Under the pieces are notes generated by a model. That model worked only from the letters and a program-made list of their open reading frames with translations. It had not been told where the DNA came from and ran no database searches. A DNA stretch of 15,279 nucleotides. Source: Candidatus Zixiibacteriota bacterium (GTDB lineage Bacteria > Zixibacteria > MSB-5A5 > GN15 > FEB-12). The stretch lies in contig JBGSIV010000043.1 in assembly GCA_041742355.1 (NCBI GenBank), positions 1-15,279 of the forward strand, given 5' to 3'. Positions 15,025 to 15,279 of this stretch are shown one piece after another. How positions within the stretch are numbered: the stretch's first letter is position 1; each line of letters starts with the position of its first letter. The position numbers and the translations under genes were made by a program.

Positions 15025-15279
15025 ATGGCGAAGTCGAAGTTTGAGCGGAACAAGCCGCACGTGAACGTGGGGACGATTGGTCACGTGGACCATGGGAAGA
15101 CGACCCTGACGGCGGCGATGACGATGGTTTTGGCGCGGAAGACGGGGACGGCGATACGGTCGTTTGACAGTATCGACAACGCGCCGGAAGAGCGGGAGCG
15201 GGGTATCACGATTGCGACGGCGCACGTGGAGTACGAGTCGGATAAGCGTCACTACGCGCACGTGGACTGTCCGGGCCAC
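15025..15279 (+). CDS. tuf: Elongation factor Tu, N-terminal fragment (3'-truncated by window edge); absent from the ORF track
   Basis: Hand translation from ATG 15025: [31 protein letters not shown]...[41 protein letters not shown] and GGAG motifs lie upstream. Confidence 0.99.
   Translation, partial: MAKSKFERNKPHVNVGTIGHVDHGKTTLTAAMTMVLARKTGTAIRSFDSIDNAPEERERGITIATAHVEYESDKRHYAHVDCPGH

Overview
A 15.3 kb GC-rich bacterial core housekeeping block, all on the + strand: 'tuf (3' end)-rpmG-tRNA-Trp(CCA)-secE-nusG-rplK-rplA-rplJ-rplL-rpoB-rpoC-rpsL-rpsG-fusA-tuf' (5' end). The rif/beta cluster runs straight into the str operon. The window starts and ends inside two same-orientation tuf copies, so it is probably a contig broken at the tuf repeat. 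The RNA polymerase insertion pattern, short rplA-rplJ spacer and retained SD motifs suggest a diderm lineage, possibly an FCB-group candidate phylum; this is inference only. I see no mobile element, CRISPR array, defence system or novel protein-coding gene, and the long antisense ORFs are shadows. The points of interest are non-coding and subtle: a ~210 nt rpsG-fusA spacer with competing helices and a U-tailed terminator-like stem just before fusA, a heavily structured 276 nt rplL-rpoB spacer, a sigma70 promoter built into the rpoC stop codon, a G-ending codon skew in the tuf copies, and an L10 tail consistent with three L7/L12-dimer sites. All RNA structures were read by eye, not computed.
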